Assembly: GCA_949156565.1 (NCBI GenBank)
Contig: CASCZI010000002.1
Coordinates: 100,611-164,610, forward strand
Direction of reading: 5' to 3'
DNA from: an uncultured Alphaproteobacteria bacterium
GTDB lineage: Bacteria > Pseudomonadota > Alphaproteobacteria > Rs-D84
DNA: 64,000 nucleotides
Under the pieces are notes generated by a model. The model made no database searches. It was not told the DNA's origin and saw nothing but the letters and a program-made list of their open reading frames with translations. A program made the position numbers and the translations under genes. Positions 28,637 to 37,790 of the stretch are shown here, one piece after another. Every line of letters starts with the position of its first letter. The first letter of the stretch is position 1.

Positions 28637-29848
28637 GCCATTTAATGCTTCGAACCCGACGGTCATATATAATGTTTTCCAATGTCCGGCATCTTTGCCC
28701 GTTGATTGCGGGTTGTTCCCCAGACTGCGACTGCGTTCGACGGTGGTCAACACCAAATCAGACCCCACACGTTCTAAAATTTTAAACGGATCAACACCGT
28801 CACGCCACGAATAGACGCCATCTTTTTCCACGACCAGTGCCCGGAATGCCCCCAGTATAGGATAAATAAATCCCGTTGGCGTCATATAATCCATCGGCTT
28901 TTGATAATACTTGGACATTGCCCCTTCGAATGGAACAACCCCCTTAATCGCACCATATTTACCGTTTGTAACCGCATTGCGATAGAAATCCGCCATAGAC
29001 ACTTCGATCTGATCATAAAGCTTGAAAATATCCACCATAATGTTTTTCATTTTCACATACGGATTCTGGGGCGAATCCTTATGCGCTTTATATTGCGATA
29101 AATACGTATCCAGACATCTCTTTTTTCCGCTGTATGAAATGGTTGCCGCCACATCTTTGCCGTCATATTGATCGATATTGAACATGTTTAAAACCGCCAA
29201 AACGTCCATGACGTCAATGTCCCCCCTTTCGTCATTTTCTTTGTACACCAAACGTGATGCAAACGGTTCGTTTTTTAACGCGTCTTTGACAATATCAAAC
29301 TTGTTTTCCAATTCGGCCAACGATTGATCTTTGACCTGAACCGATGTGTTACGGGCGCCGGCCAGCTCTTGAAAAATCGATTCAACCCCGGTCAATATTT
29401 CCAAACGCACATATTGTTGATCCGGCCCCAGGGAATCTTTGCATTGTTGAATAATTTTATAGGTGTGCCCCCCGTCCACGTTGCCATGCACCGCCGGATC
29501 TTCGAAAACCACACTTAATTCGTTATTATAATTGTTATAACTCACACTTTTCGCCGATAATAAGATCCCGCGATTCATTAAAAAGAAATACGGCGATCCC
29601 ACATCCATCAATGTGTTACGTATTCCCTTGGCCACAAATGTGGTTAATTTTTGTTCCCGCGGATTGGTTTCCATCGGAATATTGTTCGGCAATTTGGTCA
29701 CATCACACATCGCGATATAGGCCATCGGATGTGTCTGGGCGGAAAATTCCACCTCTTCCCCGATATAGGGATTGGGAATTTTCCGTAATGACTTTACCGG
29801 AAATTTTATTTCAATGGGTGCCTTTTGGGCTTTGATTTTTTCTGTCAT
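28634..29848 (-). CDS. putative abortive-infection/defence protein (AIPR-like; ParB/DGQHR-like N-terminal motif), tentative
   Basis: A 404-aa cytoplasmic protein. An FFLMNRGILLSA segment resembles the AIPR NNGIT block. A NVDGGHTYKII segment resembles the DGQHR/DGQQR motif of ParB-like nuclease domains. It is divergent from an XRE regulator and bracketed by terminators. Confidence 0.35.
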   Translation of the reverse strand: MTEKIKAQKAPIEIKFPVKSLRKIPNPYIGEEVEFSAQTHPMAYIAMCDVTKLPNNIPMETNPREQKLTTFVAKGIRNTLMDVGSPYFFLMNRGILLSAKSVSYNNYNNELSVVFEDPAVHGNVDGGHTYKIIQQCKDSLGPDQQYVRLEILTGVESIFQELAGARNTSVQVKDQSLAELENKFDIVKDALKNEPFASRLVYKENDERGDIDVMDVLAVLNMFNIDQYDGKDVAATISYSGKKRCLDTYLSQYKAHKDSPQNPYVKMKNIMVDIFKLYDQIEVSMADFYRNAVTNGKYGAIKGVVPFEGAMSKYYQKPMDYMTPTGFIYPILGAFRALVVEKDGVYSWRDGVDPFKILERVGSDLVLTTVERSRSLGNNPQSTGKDAGHWKTLYMTVGFEALNG

Positions 29849-29995
29849 TCTTTGCTCCTGTCTAAGGTTTGTTATCGGATACGCTGTCTAACGAGCCATC
29901 CATATTTAAATAATAAGACACCCAAATCATCAATTCAACGTCATATATGACGTTTTTTGCTTGCAAAATGCATTTTTTTAATAAAAAATTCGATC

Positions 29996-30214
29996 ATGAA
30001 CGACATTAATCGTGAATTTGGCCAAATTTTACGCCGTTTTCGACGGGGACGTAATTTGCCCCAGGATAAATTTGCCGACCAATGCGGGATTAGTCGCGCC
30101 TATTACGGGCGCATTGAACGCGGCGAATACAGTCCTACGATCACCCTATGCCATCGAATTGCGACGGCCCTGTCGATCACGATGGATGATCTTTTTCGTG
30201 ATATGCCCATATAA
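29996..30214 (+). CDS. XRE-family helix-turn-helix transcriptional regulator
   Basis: About 72 aa, with the Cro/C1-type HTH (QDKFADQCGISRAYYGRIERGEYSPTI). The start is taken at MNDIN; the ORF track begins at 29957. Confidence 0.7.
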   Translation: MNDINREFGQILRRFRRGRNLPQDKFADQCGISRAYYGRIERGEYSPTITLCHRIATALSITMDDLFRDMPI

Positions 30215-30257
30215 TCCCCCCCTGTTTCTTTGGACCGGGGGATGGATCAATCGTAAT

Positions 30258-31043
30258 TTATTCCATCCGATACGTTGTGCCACCAACCGTCACATGAATC
30301 CCGGTGCCATGGCCGGCCGTCAAATTTCCGTAACAGATGCCGCCCGGCGTCCGAATGACCAGTGTCGGCGTCGTATATTTAACCGGGAACAATGGCGCAG
30401 TATTGGTTCCGGCGTGAATTTGCGTTACCCCCGCCGTACAGAGCGGTTGGCACACGTCCCCGACGCGCCCATATCCCGCGTCACATTCCCACGGGCAATC
30501 ATTGGCGTCCGTGATGGACCCATCGGGCGCGTCGGGGGTACCCGGACCGGTATAGTGCGCGTGCGCGGGGGCATTGGTACACGGGCGGACATTGTGATAC
30601 CATTTTTTCCAGGATTCGTTACGATAACCCGACAAATAAAATCCCCATCCCGCATCATACCAAAGATAACGGGTTTGATCATCCGACCAATAGTTTTCCC
30701 CATTCCAAGAGACTTCAAGCAAGAATGAATTTCCATCAGAATCACGGAAATACAAACTACCCGCACAATTAAAGATGCTGGAATTGTTTTGGGGGCTGGC
30801 CCAGTTTGCCTCTGATCCGTCAAAAAAGGTATAGCCAAATTGGTTATAATCCGTATCGGTCGTGGGGCACGGATGGCGAACATCATCCCCCGGACAATAA
30901 TAGGGTTCATAGCCCGGGGAACAGTTTGAACACGACCCATTATTCAGATAATACCCCGCCGCACATATTGCCGCATGGGCCGTCGCCCCGCCGCCCAAGA
31001 AGACGGCGACCACGCCCAAAAAACCGACAGTTTTTTTAGGCAT
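30258..31043 (-). CDS. secreted cysteine-rich protein (C-x-AG-Y-Y family)
   Basis: A 261-aa ORF with a signal peptide. It contains CAAGYYLNNGSCSNCSPGYEPYYC and CDAGYGRVGDVCQPLC, with many Trp and Tyr residues. Confidence 0.55.
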   Translation of the reverse strand: MPKKTVGFLGVVAVFLGGGATAHAAICAAGYYLNNGSCSNCSPGYEPYYCPGDDVRHPCPTTDTDYNQFGYTFFDGSEANWASPQNNSSIFNCAGSLYFRDSDGNSFLLEVSWNGENYWSDDQTRYLWYDAGWGFYLSGYRNESWKKWYHNVRPCTNAPAHAHYTGPGTPDAPDGSITDANDCPWECDAGYGRVGDVCQPLCTAGVTQIHAGTNTAPLFPVKYTTPTLVIRTPGGICYGNLTAGHGTGIHVTVGGTTYRME

Positions 31044-31220
31044 AGTTGGGGGGAAAATTTGTCGCAGAAATCCGGGATTTTTAATTTTAGAATTATGCCT
31101 AAAAAAACTGTCCCTTTGGATTAGGCATAGTCAAATCACGTTCAACCCCAGGAATTATACCCGTTAGCACGATTTTTGACAAGGGGAAAATTGGGAACAA
31201 CGCCCCCCCGTATGGGATCT

Positions 31221-31352
31221 AAATAAAAGACCACCTCTCCCCTTCGTGGCACCCCTCCACCGGAGGGGAACCTGGACCGAACAAGCCTGAGTCTCAGTTC
31301 TCCTCCTGTGGAGGAGTACCCCGAAGGGGAGAGGTGGTCTTTACTTGAACTC
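31221..31352. repeat. GC-rich nested-palindrome MITE-like repeat, copy B (compact form)
   Basis: Perfect terminal inverted repeats: AAAGACCACCTCTCCCCTTCG at 31226-31246 and CGAAGGGGAGAGGTGGTCTTT at 31322-31342. Internal hairpins are CCCTCCACCGGAGGG and CTCCTCCTGTGGAGGAG. The core reads CTGAGTCTCAGTTCTCCTC. Confidence 0.6.
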
Positions 31353-31450
31353 TGCACCCTGTATTGGCGACCAAGGCCCGGATCCCCACCCAAAATATTT
31401 CTTGACAAATCATTATTATGTATTATATTAAAGGATACAAAAGAGGATAA

Positions 31451-31873
31451 ATGATGAATCCGGTATTCAAAGAACAGATTCTTAGTTTAGCAAAATCCAA
31501 CCCGATCACCTTTCGCCGGACCGAGGTCGAAGAAGTATACTCTATTCAAGATTCGAATAATCAGCCATTAATCCATCTGATCAAAACCCTGCGTTCGGGA
31601 ACCTATGCATTGGTGATCAATCGCGCGATTGTTGTACGGGCCACATTTCCCGACGATCGGTTGGGCGCGAAATTACAAGACCTGATGGACGTTATGGAAA
31701 TCGAATCAACATGCAATCGCACTGTTCTGGAACGGGCAGAGTATCGACAAACACTTGAAAAGATGTCCGATCATGAAAGACGTGCCTCTAACTTTATCAA
31801 TGACGTCATGTTACAGCAATACAAAGAAAAAAACATGTTGTTGCCGCACGAGAAGAAATCATTAACCCGTTAA
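31451..31873 (+). CDS. hypothetical protein
   Basis: A 140-aa ORF with no recognisable motifs; a terminator follows. Confidence 0.4.
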   Translation: MMNPVFKEQILSLAKSNPITFRRTEVEEVYSIQDSNNQPLIHLIKTLRSGTYALVINRAIVVRATFPDDRLGAKLQDLMDVMEIESTCNRTVLERAEYRQTLEKMSDHERRASNFINDVMLQQYKEKNMLLPHEKKSLTR

Positions 31874-31880
31874 AAATTTT

Positions 31881-31910
31881 TGCCATCAAATACTTGATGG
31901 CATTTTTTAT
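31881..31910. terminator. bidirectional rho-independent terminator
   Basis: TGCCATCAAATACTTGATGGCA hairpin followed by a T-run. Confidence 0.55.
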
Positions 31911-32641
31911 ATGGCATGCACCACACGACAAAATGTCACCCCCCAGACATCACGCGCACCGGCACGCATCAAAACACGACGCAATTCGGAAAATGTTGCC
32001 CCACTGGTGAATACATCGTCGACCAATAAAATTGTTTTACCCCGCACCGCATCGGGATGAACAACACAAAAAACGCCGTGAATATGTTCCGCACGTTCGC
32101 GCGCACTTTTATGTCCCATGTCACTGCGATATTTACGGCGCACCGAATTAACGTCGATCGCTATATTTAAATGCCGGGCAATGGGCCGGGCCAATAAAGT
32201 TGCCTGGTTATAACCACGATGAAACAAACGCCCCCATGCCAACGGCACAGGCATCACCAAATCCGGCGTGGCGGGCATATCCCCCAACAAACCAATCATG
32301 GCACGCGCCATAATATGACGATATTTAATGCGGCCGGCATGTTTAAACGGCAACATAATGTTACGCGACACATCATCATACACACACGCCGATCGCATCC
32401 AATGAATCTCGTTCTTGCCGGCGGCACACACCGGACACATGGGATGTGGTCCCAAATCCAGATCCGCCGCAAATGGATAACCACATATATGACAACGCGG
32501 ATTACCAATCCAATTAAACGTTGCCCAACATGCCGCACACATCATCCCGTGCGCGTCACACGGTGCCCCACAAATCGGACAGATGGGCGGAAATAAAAAA
32601 TCGATGATTTTACCCATAACACGCGCCGGGCGTTTTACCAA
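31907..32641 (-). CDS. comF: ComF-family protein (double zinc-ribbon plus phosphoribosyltransferase-like domain)
   Basis: N-terminal CxxC...CxxC pairs and a C-terminal PRTase-like LLVDDVFTSGAT motif. Confidence 0.75.
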   Translation of the reverse strand: MVKRPARVMGKIIDFLFPPICPICGAPCDAHGMMCAACWATFNWIGNPRCHICGYPFAADLDLGPHPMCPVCAAGKNEIHWMRSACVYDDVSRNIMLPFKHAGRIKYRHIMARAMIGLLGDMPATPDLVMPVPLAWGRLFHRGYNQATLLARPIARHLNIAIDVNSVRRKYRSDMGHKSARERAEHIHGVFCVVHPDAVRGKTILLVDDVFTSGATFSELRRVLMRAGARDVWGVTFCRVVHAI

Positions 32642-34092
32642 GACATACTTTTATACGTTTTCTTACCAACCGTATCGCCAAACATATCACGCTTTTTCTG
32701 GGTCAATGTTTCGAATTGATCATTGGAAATCATCCGCAAAACATACCCTTGTTCATCACGTGCCGACAATACCGGCATAATACGGTGTTCCGACACACCG
32801 GTATCACGTAAAACCTGTTCAACAATGGCCAAGCGGCGGGCGGCCAATTTCCGTGCCGTTGCATCGTGGGTAACACTTTCTGGAATAGATACTTGGACCG
32901 AACGTTTTGGATTGGCCAAGACAATGGATGCATATTCCGTCAACAGATTATAGTTTTCACGGGACAAGGATGCATCATCCCCACGAAATTTAATCTTGAT
33001 CTCTAACGGGCGAACGCCGCCGGCCTCGGATAAATCACGGACGGCGGTAAATCCTTCGGATTGGGATTCCATGTCACTCACCACGTCAAAACGATCGTCT
33101 ATTTGAAATGTTGAAAGATGCTTGTTCTCGGATAAAAAGGTTTTACGAAACGCCTTTTTTAATTCCGATGGCGTCATCGTGGCCATATCCGTATCGGCCC
33201 GCGCCAGCACCGTGGGGGCCGTCGCCGTGCGAACCGGACGTACGGTCACACCCGTATCCATCGGCACAACCATTCGATGAACCACCGCCGCCCCAGACGA
33301 TGCATCATTAATCGCCACGGGCGTTGTCCCCGATGTCGCCGATGCCGTTATGGACGAATCATTTGACGCATCCGCCAATACCCCGACCCGTGATTGATCA
33401 TGGCCTGCCATAGATGCAACCGGGGTCGATACAGGTTGTGACGACACACCCCCACGACGGGGTAAAACACGCCGCGCCGTGGTTGTGCCAGTGGTCGATG
33501 CAGGCAATGGACGCACCGCAGCAACCGTCGGGGTCGTTTCGGCGCGACGCGCGGCATCAACTAATTTTTCAATTTCTGCATCCAACGCCCCCATGCCCAC
33601 CGATTGGGATAATGGGGCCGGTGGCACATCCCGAACCGTTGCGATACGGGGTTGATCCAAACTTTCTTCGGGTAATTCGGCATCACTGCGAATCACAGAA
33701 AATTCCTGGGGGGTGGGCATCCGCAACGGGGTGTCTGTACGTGCCCATAAATCACCACTGGGGCGATGGGGGACCAAAACATCCATTACCGATGAATTGG
33801 CGGCGATACGCGCCCCTTGATCCGCGGGGGGAATGGGATCTGCGTCCTGTTTATGAACACGCGCAACCCGATTTTTGTCGGCCACCGATGCACGGGCCAC
33901 AACCGTTTTTTTCACCGATTTTTGGGATTTTGAATCTGCACCAACCCCAAACGCCGCACGGGCCGACACCGCGTTTCCACCAATATTAACCACCGGCAAA
34001 CGTGCATCCGCCAACGCCGATGTACAAATCGCCATTGATAATACAGAAATACCAATCCGTCGCATGATTTCCTTTTCCTTATGCCCCATCAT
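32635..34092 (-). CDS. secreted low-complexity protein with degenerate C-terminal OmpA-like domain
   Basis: A signal peptide (MRRIGISVLSMAICTSALA) and a long Ala/Thr/Pro-rich region. The C-terminus (LSRENYNLLTEYASIVL...KLAARRLAIVEQVLRDTGVSEHRI) resembles an OmpA_C fold but lacks the GhTD motif. Confidence 0.4.
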   Translation of the reverse strand: MMGHKEKEIMRRIGISVLSMAICTSALADARLPVVNIGGNAVSARAAFGVGADSKSQKSVKKTVVARASVADKNRVARVHKQDADPIPPADQGARIAANSSVMDVLVPHRPSGDLWARTDTPLRMPTPQEFSVIRSDAELPEESLDQPRIATVRDVPPAPLSQSVGMGALDAEIEKLVDAARRAETTPTVAAVRPLPASTTGTTTARRVLPRRGGVSSQPVSTPVASMAGHDQSRVGVLADASNDSSITASATSGTTPVAINDASSGAAVVHRMVVPMDTGVTVRPVRTATAPTVLARADTDMATMTPSELKKAFRKTFLSENKHLSTFQIDDRFDVVSDMESQSEGFTAVRDLSEAGGVRPLEIKIKFRGDDASLSRENYNLLTEYASIVLANPKRSVQVSIPESVTHDATARKLAARRLAIVEQVLRDTGVSEHRIMPVLSARDEQGYVLRMISNDQFETLTQKKRDMFGDTVGKKTYKSMSW

Positions 34093-34134
34093 AGAACAAA
34101 TGACGAATCAGGGGCAAGCAGAAAAATCAATCAT

Positions 34135-35208
34135 CTATGCTTTTGTGACGACATCCGCAATACGTGTTACCGCATCATTGGGTACACATGCCTTGGCCGC
34201 CATTTTGGCCAACCGTGACGGATTATCAAACAATTCGCCCAATGTGGTTGATAACCATTTAACTGTAAACCGGTTCTGAGGCACGGCAAATCCCCCCCCT
34301 TGCTTTTCAAAGGCGGCGGCGTTGGCAGCCTGATCTGGGTTAATACCCAACGGGACCAGTATCGCAGGCCGGCCCACGGTTTCTAATTCGACAACGGTAC
34401 TGGCACCGGCACGACCGATGATCAAATCGGCCCCAACAACAACATCTGCCATATCATGAATAAACGATAATACATTGGCGCGAATTTTATGATCGGCATA
34501 AAACCGGCGCAAACGGGCCACATTTTGGGGACGGGTTTGATGGGTCACAAAGATTTTATTGTTTTTCATCCCCGCAATTGCCACCGGGACCACATCGTCC
34601 AAAATCTGGGCCCCCAAGGATCCGCCCGTGACCAATATCCGCCCCCCATCGGGCCACGGTGCACCGGCCGCATCCATAAATTCACGACGCACCGGCAACC
34701 CGGTGTATACCACCGATGACCGCATGCCAGACGGCATACCGTTAACGGTTGGAAAGCTGGTCATCAAGACACGAACCCAACGCATGGCAAACCGATTGGC
34801 ACGCCCAATCGCCGCATTTTGTTCATGCAAATACGTCGGTATCCGCCATATATGCGCCGCCGCCACCGCCGGCACAGATGCATACCCACCAAATGCAACC
34901 ACCCGATCCGGCCGCACCACCATAAATCGCAGGCACAGGGCCGCCGTACTTACCCCGATTTTCATTAATGCCCACGCCTGGCGTAATGGGCCGCGTGCCC
35001 CAACCCCAGATGCCCAAATATGAACAATGCGTGTCCCCTGGGGCCGACCGGACGCAACCATATCACGCACGCGCCCATCGCACGAAAGCGTCACACGATG
35101 CCCCCGTTGCACCAATTCTGACGCCACGCTTAATGCGGGAAATACGTGCCCGCCCGTTCCGCCTGTTGCCATCCAGATTTTCATTGCCCCACCTTTTTTT
35201 ATTTCCAT
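34135..35208 (-). CDS. murG: undecaprenyldiphospho-muramoylpentapeptide beta-N-acetylglucosaminyltransferase
   Basis: GGTGGHVFPALSVA G-loop and the C-terminal GT-B domain. The start may be MKIWMATGG (35184). Confidence 0.9.
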   Translation of the reverse strand: MEIKKGGAMKIWMATGGTGGHVFPALSVASELVQRGHRVTLSCDGRVRDMVASGRPQGTRIVHIWASGVGARGPLRQAWALMKIGVSTAALCLRFMVVRPDRVVAFGGYASVPAVAAAHIWRIPTYLHEQNAAIGRANRFAMRWVRVLMTSFPTVNGMPSGMRSSVVYTGLPVRREFMDAAGAPWPDGGRILVTGGSLGAQILDDVVPVAIAGMKNNKIFVTHQTRPQNVARLRRFYADHKIRANVLSFIHDMADVVVGADLIIGRAGASTVVELETVGRPAILVPLGINPDQAANAAAFEKQGGGFAVPQNRFTVKWLSTTLGELFDNPSRLAKMAAKACVPNDAVTRIADVVTKA

Positions 35209-36386
35209 TTATCTTCGCGAATAATCGCCAATACCATACCAAACAATAAACACAGGGATACATACGAACTGCCCCCATATGACACAAAGGGTAATGTCAT
35301 CCCCTTGGTCGGCACCAGGTTCAGTGCCGTCATAATATTAATACATGCCTGGGCACCAAATAACGCCATGGTTCCGCCGGCCGCATAAAAAACAAATGGA
35401 TCGCGCGCGCCCACCGCATTATCGCGCAACAATTTCATCATATATACAAATACCCCCAACATGGCACATGCCGCAATGGCCCCCACATCTTCGGCAATAC
35501 CGGCAAACACGAAATCGGTATGAGAATCAGGCAAAAATTCTTTGACGAATGCGTTATCCCCACTGCCGATCAAGCCCCCATGTTGAATCGATGCAATGGA
35601 TTTATCCACCTGGTAATGATCGCCCCCACCGGTAAAAAAGTTCATGACGCGCGTATGCACATGCGACATCGTGAAAAACGCCACAACCCCACCCATGGCC
35701 GCCACCGCACCAAATGTCCAAACAATAAACCACGGCAACCCCGCCAAGAATAACATCGTGCCCAAAACCGCAAAATACAAAATTGCCGTTCCAAAATCCG
35801 GATGCAGAAAGATAATCAATACCGCCGGCACAAACATCGCCAAATAGGTCCACCAACTATACCCACGTGGTTGCCATGCATCACGCGTCAAAAACATATT
35901 TGATCCAAACCGTTGCCGCATTTGACCCAAAAACCATGCCGTCATGATGATAAATCCCGGCTTCATCAAATCTGATGGCATTAAACGAATGCCGGCAATA
36001 CTGGCCCAACGATGACTGCCCTTGATCTCGATCGGGGCAACAATCGTAATTATCAATAATGCCATGCACCCAATCACATCCATCAGCGATAACCGCAACA
36101 CCCATTTTTTATCCAAACAACTGGTAAAAAACAATGCCCCCAAACCTAACGCGTAAAATGGCAACATTTTCAAGATAAAAAAATGCCATGGCATGCCAAT
36201 TCGATCGGCCGCCGCAGACCCTGTTGAAATCATTTCCAACATCCCAATAAAGGTCAGCAAAATCACCCCACCCAGAACGCGCCGGTCGACTTCGAAATAC
36301 CACCCTGTCAGTTTGCTTTCATCACTGCGTATAAACATGCGCCTATTATACCATCTTTTATTGGAAATAAAAATTATCTGATGCAA
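35199..36386 (-). CDS. ftsW: peptidoglycan glycosyltransferase / lipid II flippase FtsW
   Basis: A SEDS-family 10-TM protein (DFVFAGIAEDVGAIAACAML) lying immediately upstream of murG. Confidence 0.88.
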   Translation of the reverse strand: MHQIIFISNKRWYNRRMFIRSDESKLTGWYFEVDRRVLGGVILLTFIGMLEMISTGSAAADRIGMPWHFFILKMLPFYALGLGALFFTSCLDKKWVLRLSLMDVIGCMALLIITIVAPIEIKGSHRWASIAGIRLMPSDLMKPGFIIMTAWFLGQMRQRFGSNMFLTRDAWQPRGYSWWTYLAMFVPAVLIIFLHPDFGTAILYFAVLGTMLFLAGLPWFIVWTFGAVAAMGGVVAFFTMSHVHTRVMNFFTGGGDHYQVDKSIASIQHGGLIGSGDNAFVKEFLPDSHTDFVFAGIAEDVGAIAACAMLGVFVYMMKLLRDNAVGARDPFVFYAAGGTMALFGAQACINIMTALNLVPTKGMTLPFVSYGGSSYVSLCLLFGMVLAIIREDKWK

Positions 36387-36441
36387 AAAATTTAAATAAA
36401 ATATTGATATATATTATTATGGTGCTATATATATTACCACT

Positions 36442-37764
36442 ATGAAAACACCATCTGACCCCATTTATTTGGCAATCAAGCGGCAAAACGGCGAACGTTT
36501 TGCCCAAACCATTCGTCGTTATGATAATGGGATATTTGACATCCCCAATATTGTCCATCGCATACGTTATGCCGGACGGGATGCCACACCATTGTTGGAA
36601 TACCTTGAATCGATCAAGAATTCACGCATGACGTCGGATTACCAAACCGATGAATCACCATTCGAATTGCTGGCCGCGGCCGGATATCATGCCGAATATG
36701 CCGATACGATGTACAAGAAAAATGCGATTTCCCGCTATTTTGCCCCCGGCGAAGAATTATGCACATTTAACGATGATATGCGTCATCAAAATTATTATAT
36801 TATAAACGCCGTGCGTCACGATGCCGACACCTTACGTCGCAGTGATTTTACCGTCCCCCAACGCCAAGACGCCTATGGCACCAGTGTGATTTCCATTCAG
36901 ATGACAAAAACGGGCGGATTTATATCCATTAAAAACCGATATAATCATGCGGTGCCACATCCCGACAACACATTCGACAGTGACCCTGATCAAATTATTC
37001 CCGGCCTCTCTGCGTCATTGAAAAAATATTTTGATGTTGATTTTAATTGTGCCTCTCAATTACCCGGTGGATATACATTAATTAAAAATCAAATTGTGAA
37101 ATATAATTTTGAAATAAACGATGTCTATTACGGTGACACATTTTATACAGACTTTAATAAAATTATTGAATTAAACCGTGATTATGAATTGATGATGGAT
37201 TATATGGTCTTTGACCTGCATCGTCGGGAATTTACCATGTATCCCCGTGGCCGTTCCACAGAACTTGACCCCCGTGACGATTTCCGACATGTATTACCCA
37301 TAGAAATTGGGGACACCCCCATCCAAACAACATCAGAAAAATTACCCGATGGAACAATCGTCCGATGCCTGTACGCGCATCACACAAAAATCGCCGAAAT
37401 GCACAATGGCCAAATTATTCGGTTAAATTTGCCACACAGCACACGAATTGGCGATGCATTTATGATGAACAATCGCACCTTGATTGATTTACAAATTCCG
37501 CGTGTCGCCTATATCGGTGATTACTTTTTGTTACAAAACCGCGTTTTGCCCCAATTAGAAATCAATGCAGATACCATCGGGACCAATGCATTATCTAACA
37601 ACACATCGATGACCAAATTAACATTAAACACATCCAGAATTGGTTATGGTTTTATGGATGCCAACAGAAAATTAACCCAATTGATCTTAAAGAAAAAGCC
37701 CACAGACATTGGCATTCAAAACAATTACATGAAAAAATTATTTGCCGACGCCATGGCGCGATAA
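36442..37764 (+). CDS. leucine-rich-repeat protein (BspA-type LRR C-terminus), effector-like
   Basis: A 440-aa cytoplasmic-type N-terminus. The C-terminus carries about four repeats of the pattern L-x-L/I-P-x-x-x-x-IGD-x-F-x-x-N-x-x-L. It is encoded opposite to the flanking dcw genes. Confidence 0.55.
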   Translation: MKTPSDPIYLAIKRQNGERFAQTIRRYDNGIFDIPNIVHRIRYAGRDATPLLEYLESIKNSRMTSDYQTDESPFELLAAAGYHAEYADTMYKKNAISRYFAPGEELCTFNDDMRHQNYYIINAVRHDADTLRRSDFTVPQRQDAYGTSVISIQMTKTGGFISIKNRYNHAVPHPDNTFDSDPDQIIPGLSASLKKYFDVDFNCASQLPGGYTLIKNQIVKYNFEINDVYYGDTFYTDFNKIIELNRDYELMMDYMVFDLHRREFTMYPRGRSTELDPRDDFRHVLPIEIGDTPIQTTSEKLPDGTIVRCLYAHHTKIAEMHNGQIIRLNLPHSTRIGDAFMMNNRTLIDLQIPRVAYIGDYFLLQNRVLPQLEINADTIGTNALSNNTSMTKLTLNTSRIGYGFMDANRKLTQLILKKKPTDIGIQNNYMKKLFADAMAR

Positions 37765-37790
37765 AAAACGGGGCATGGCCCCGTTTTAAT
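37764..37790. terminator. bidirectional rho-independent terminator
   Basis: ACGGGGCATGGCCCCGT hairpin followed by a T-run. Confidence 0.55.

Noticed and set aside
31142-31408. 88-aa ORF on the minus strand over repeat copy B
   Set aside because: It coincides exactly with the nested-palindrome element. The amino-acid composition (G/P/R-rich) reflects GC-rich hairpins, not coding sequence.
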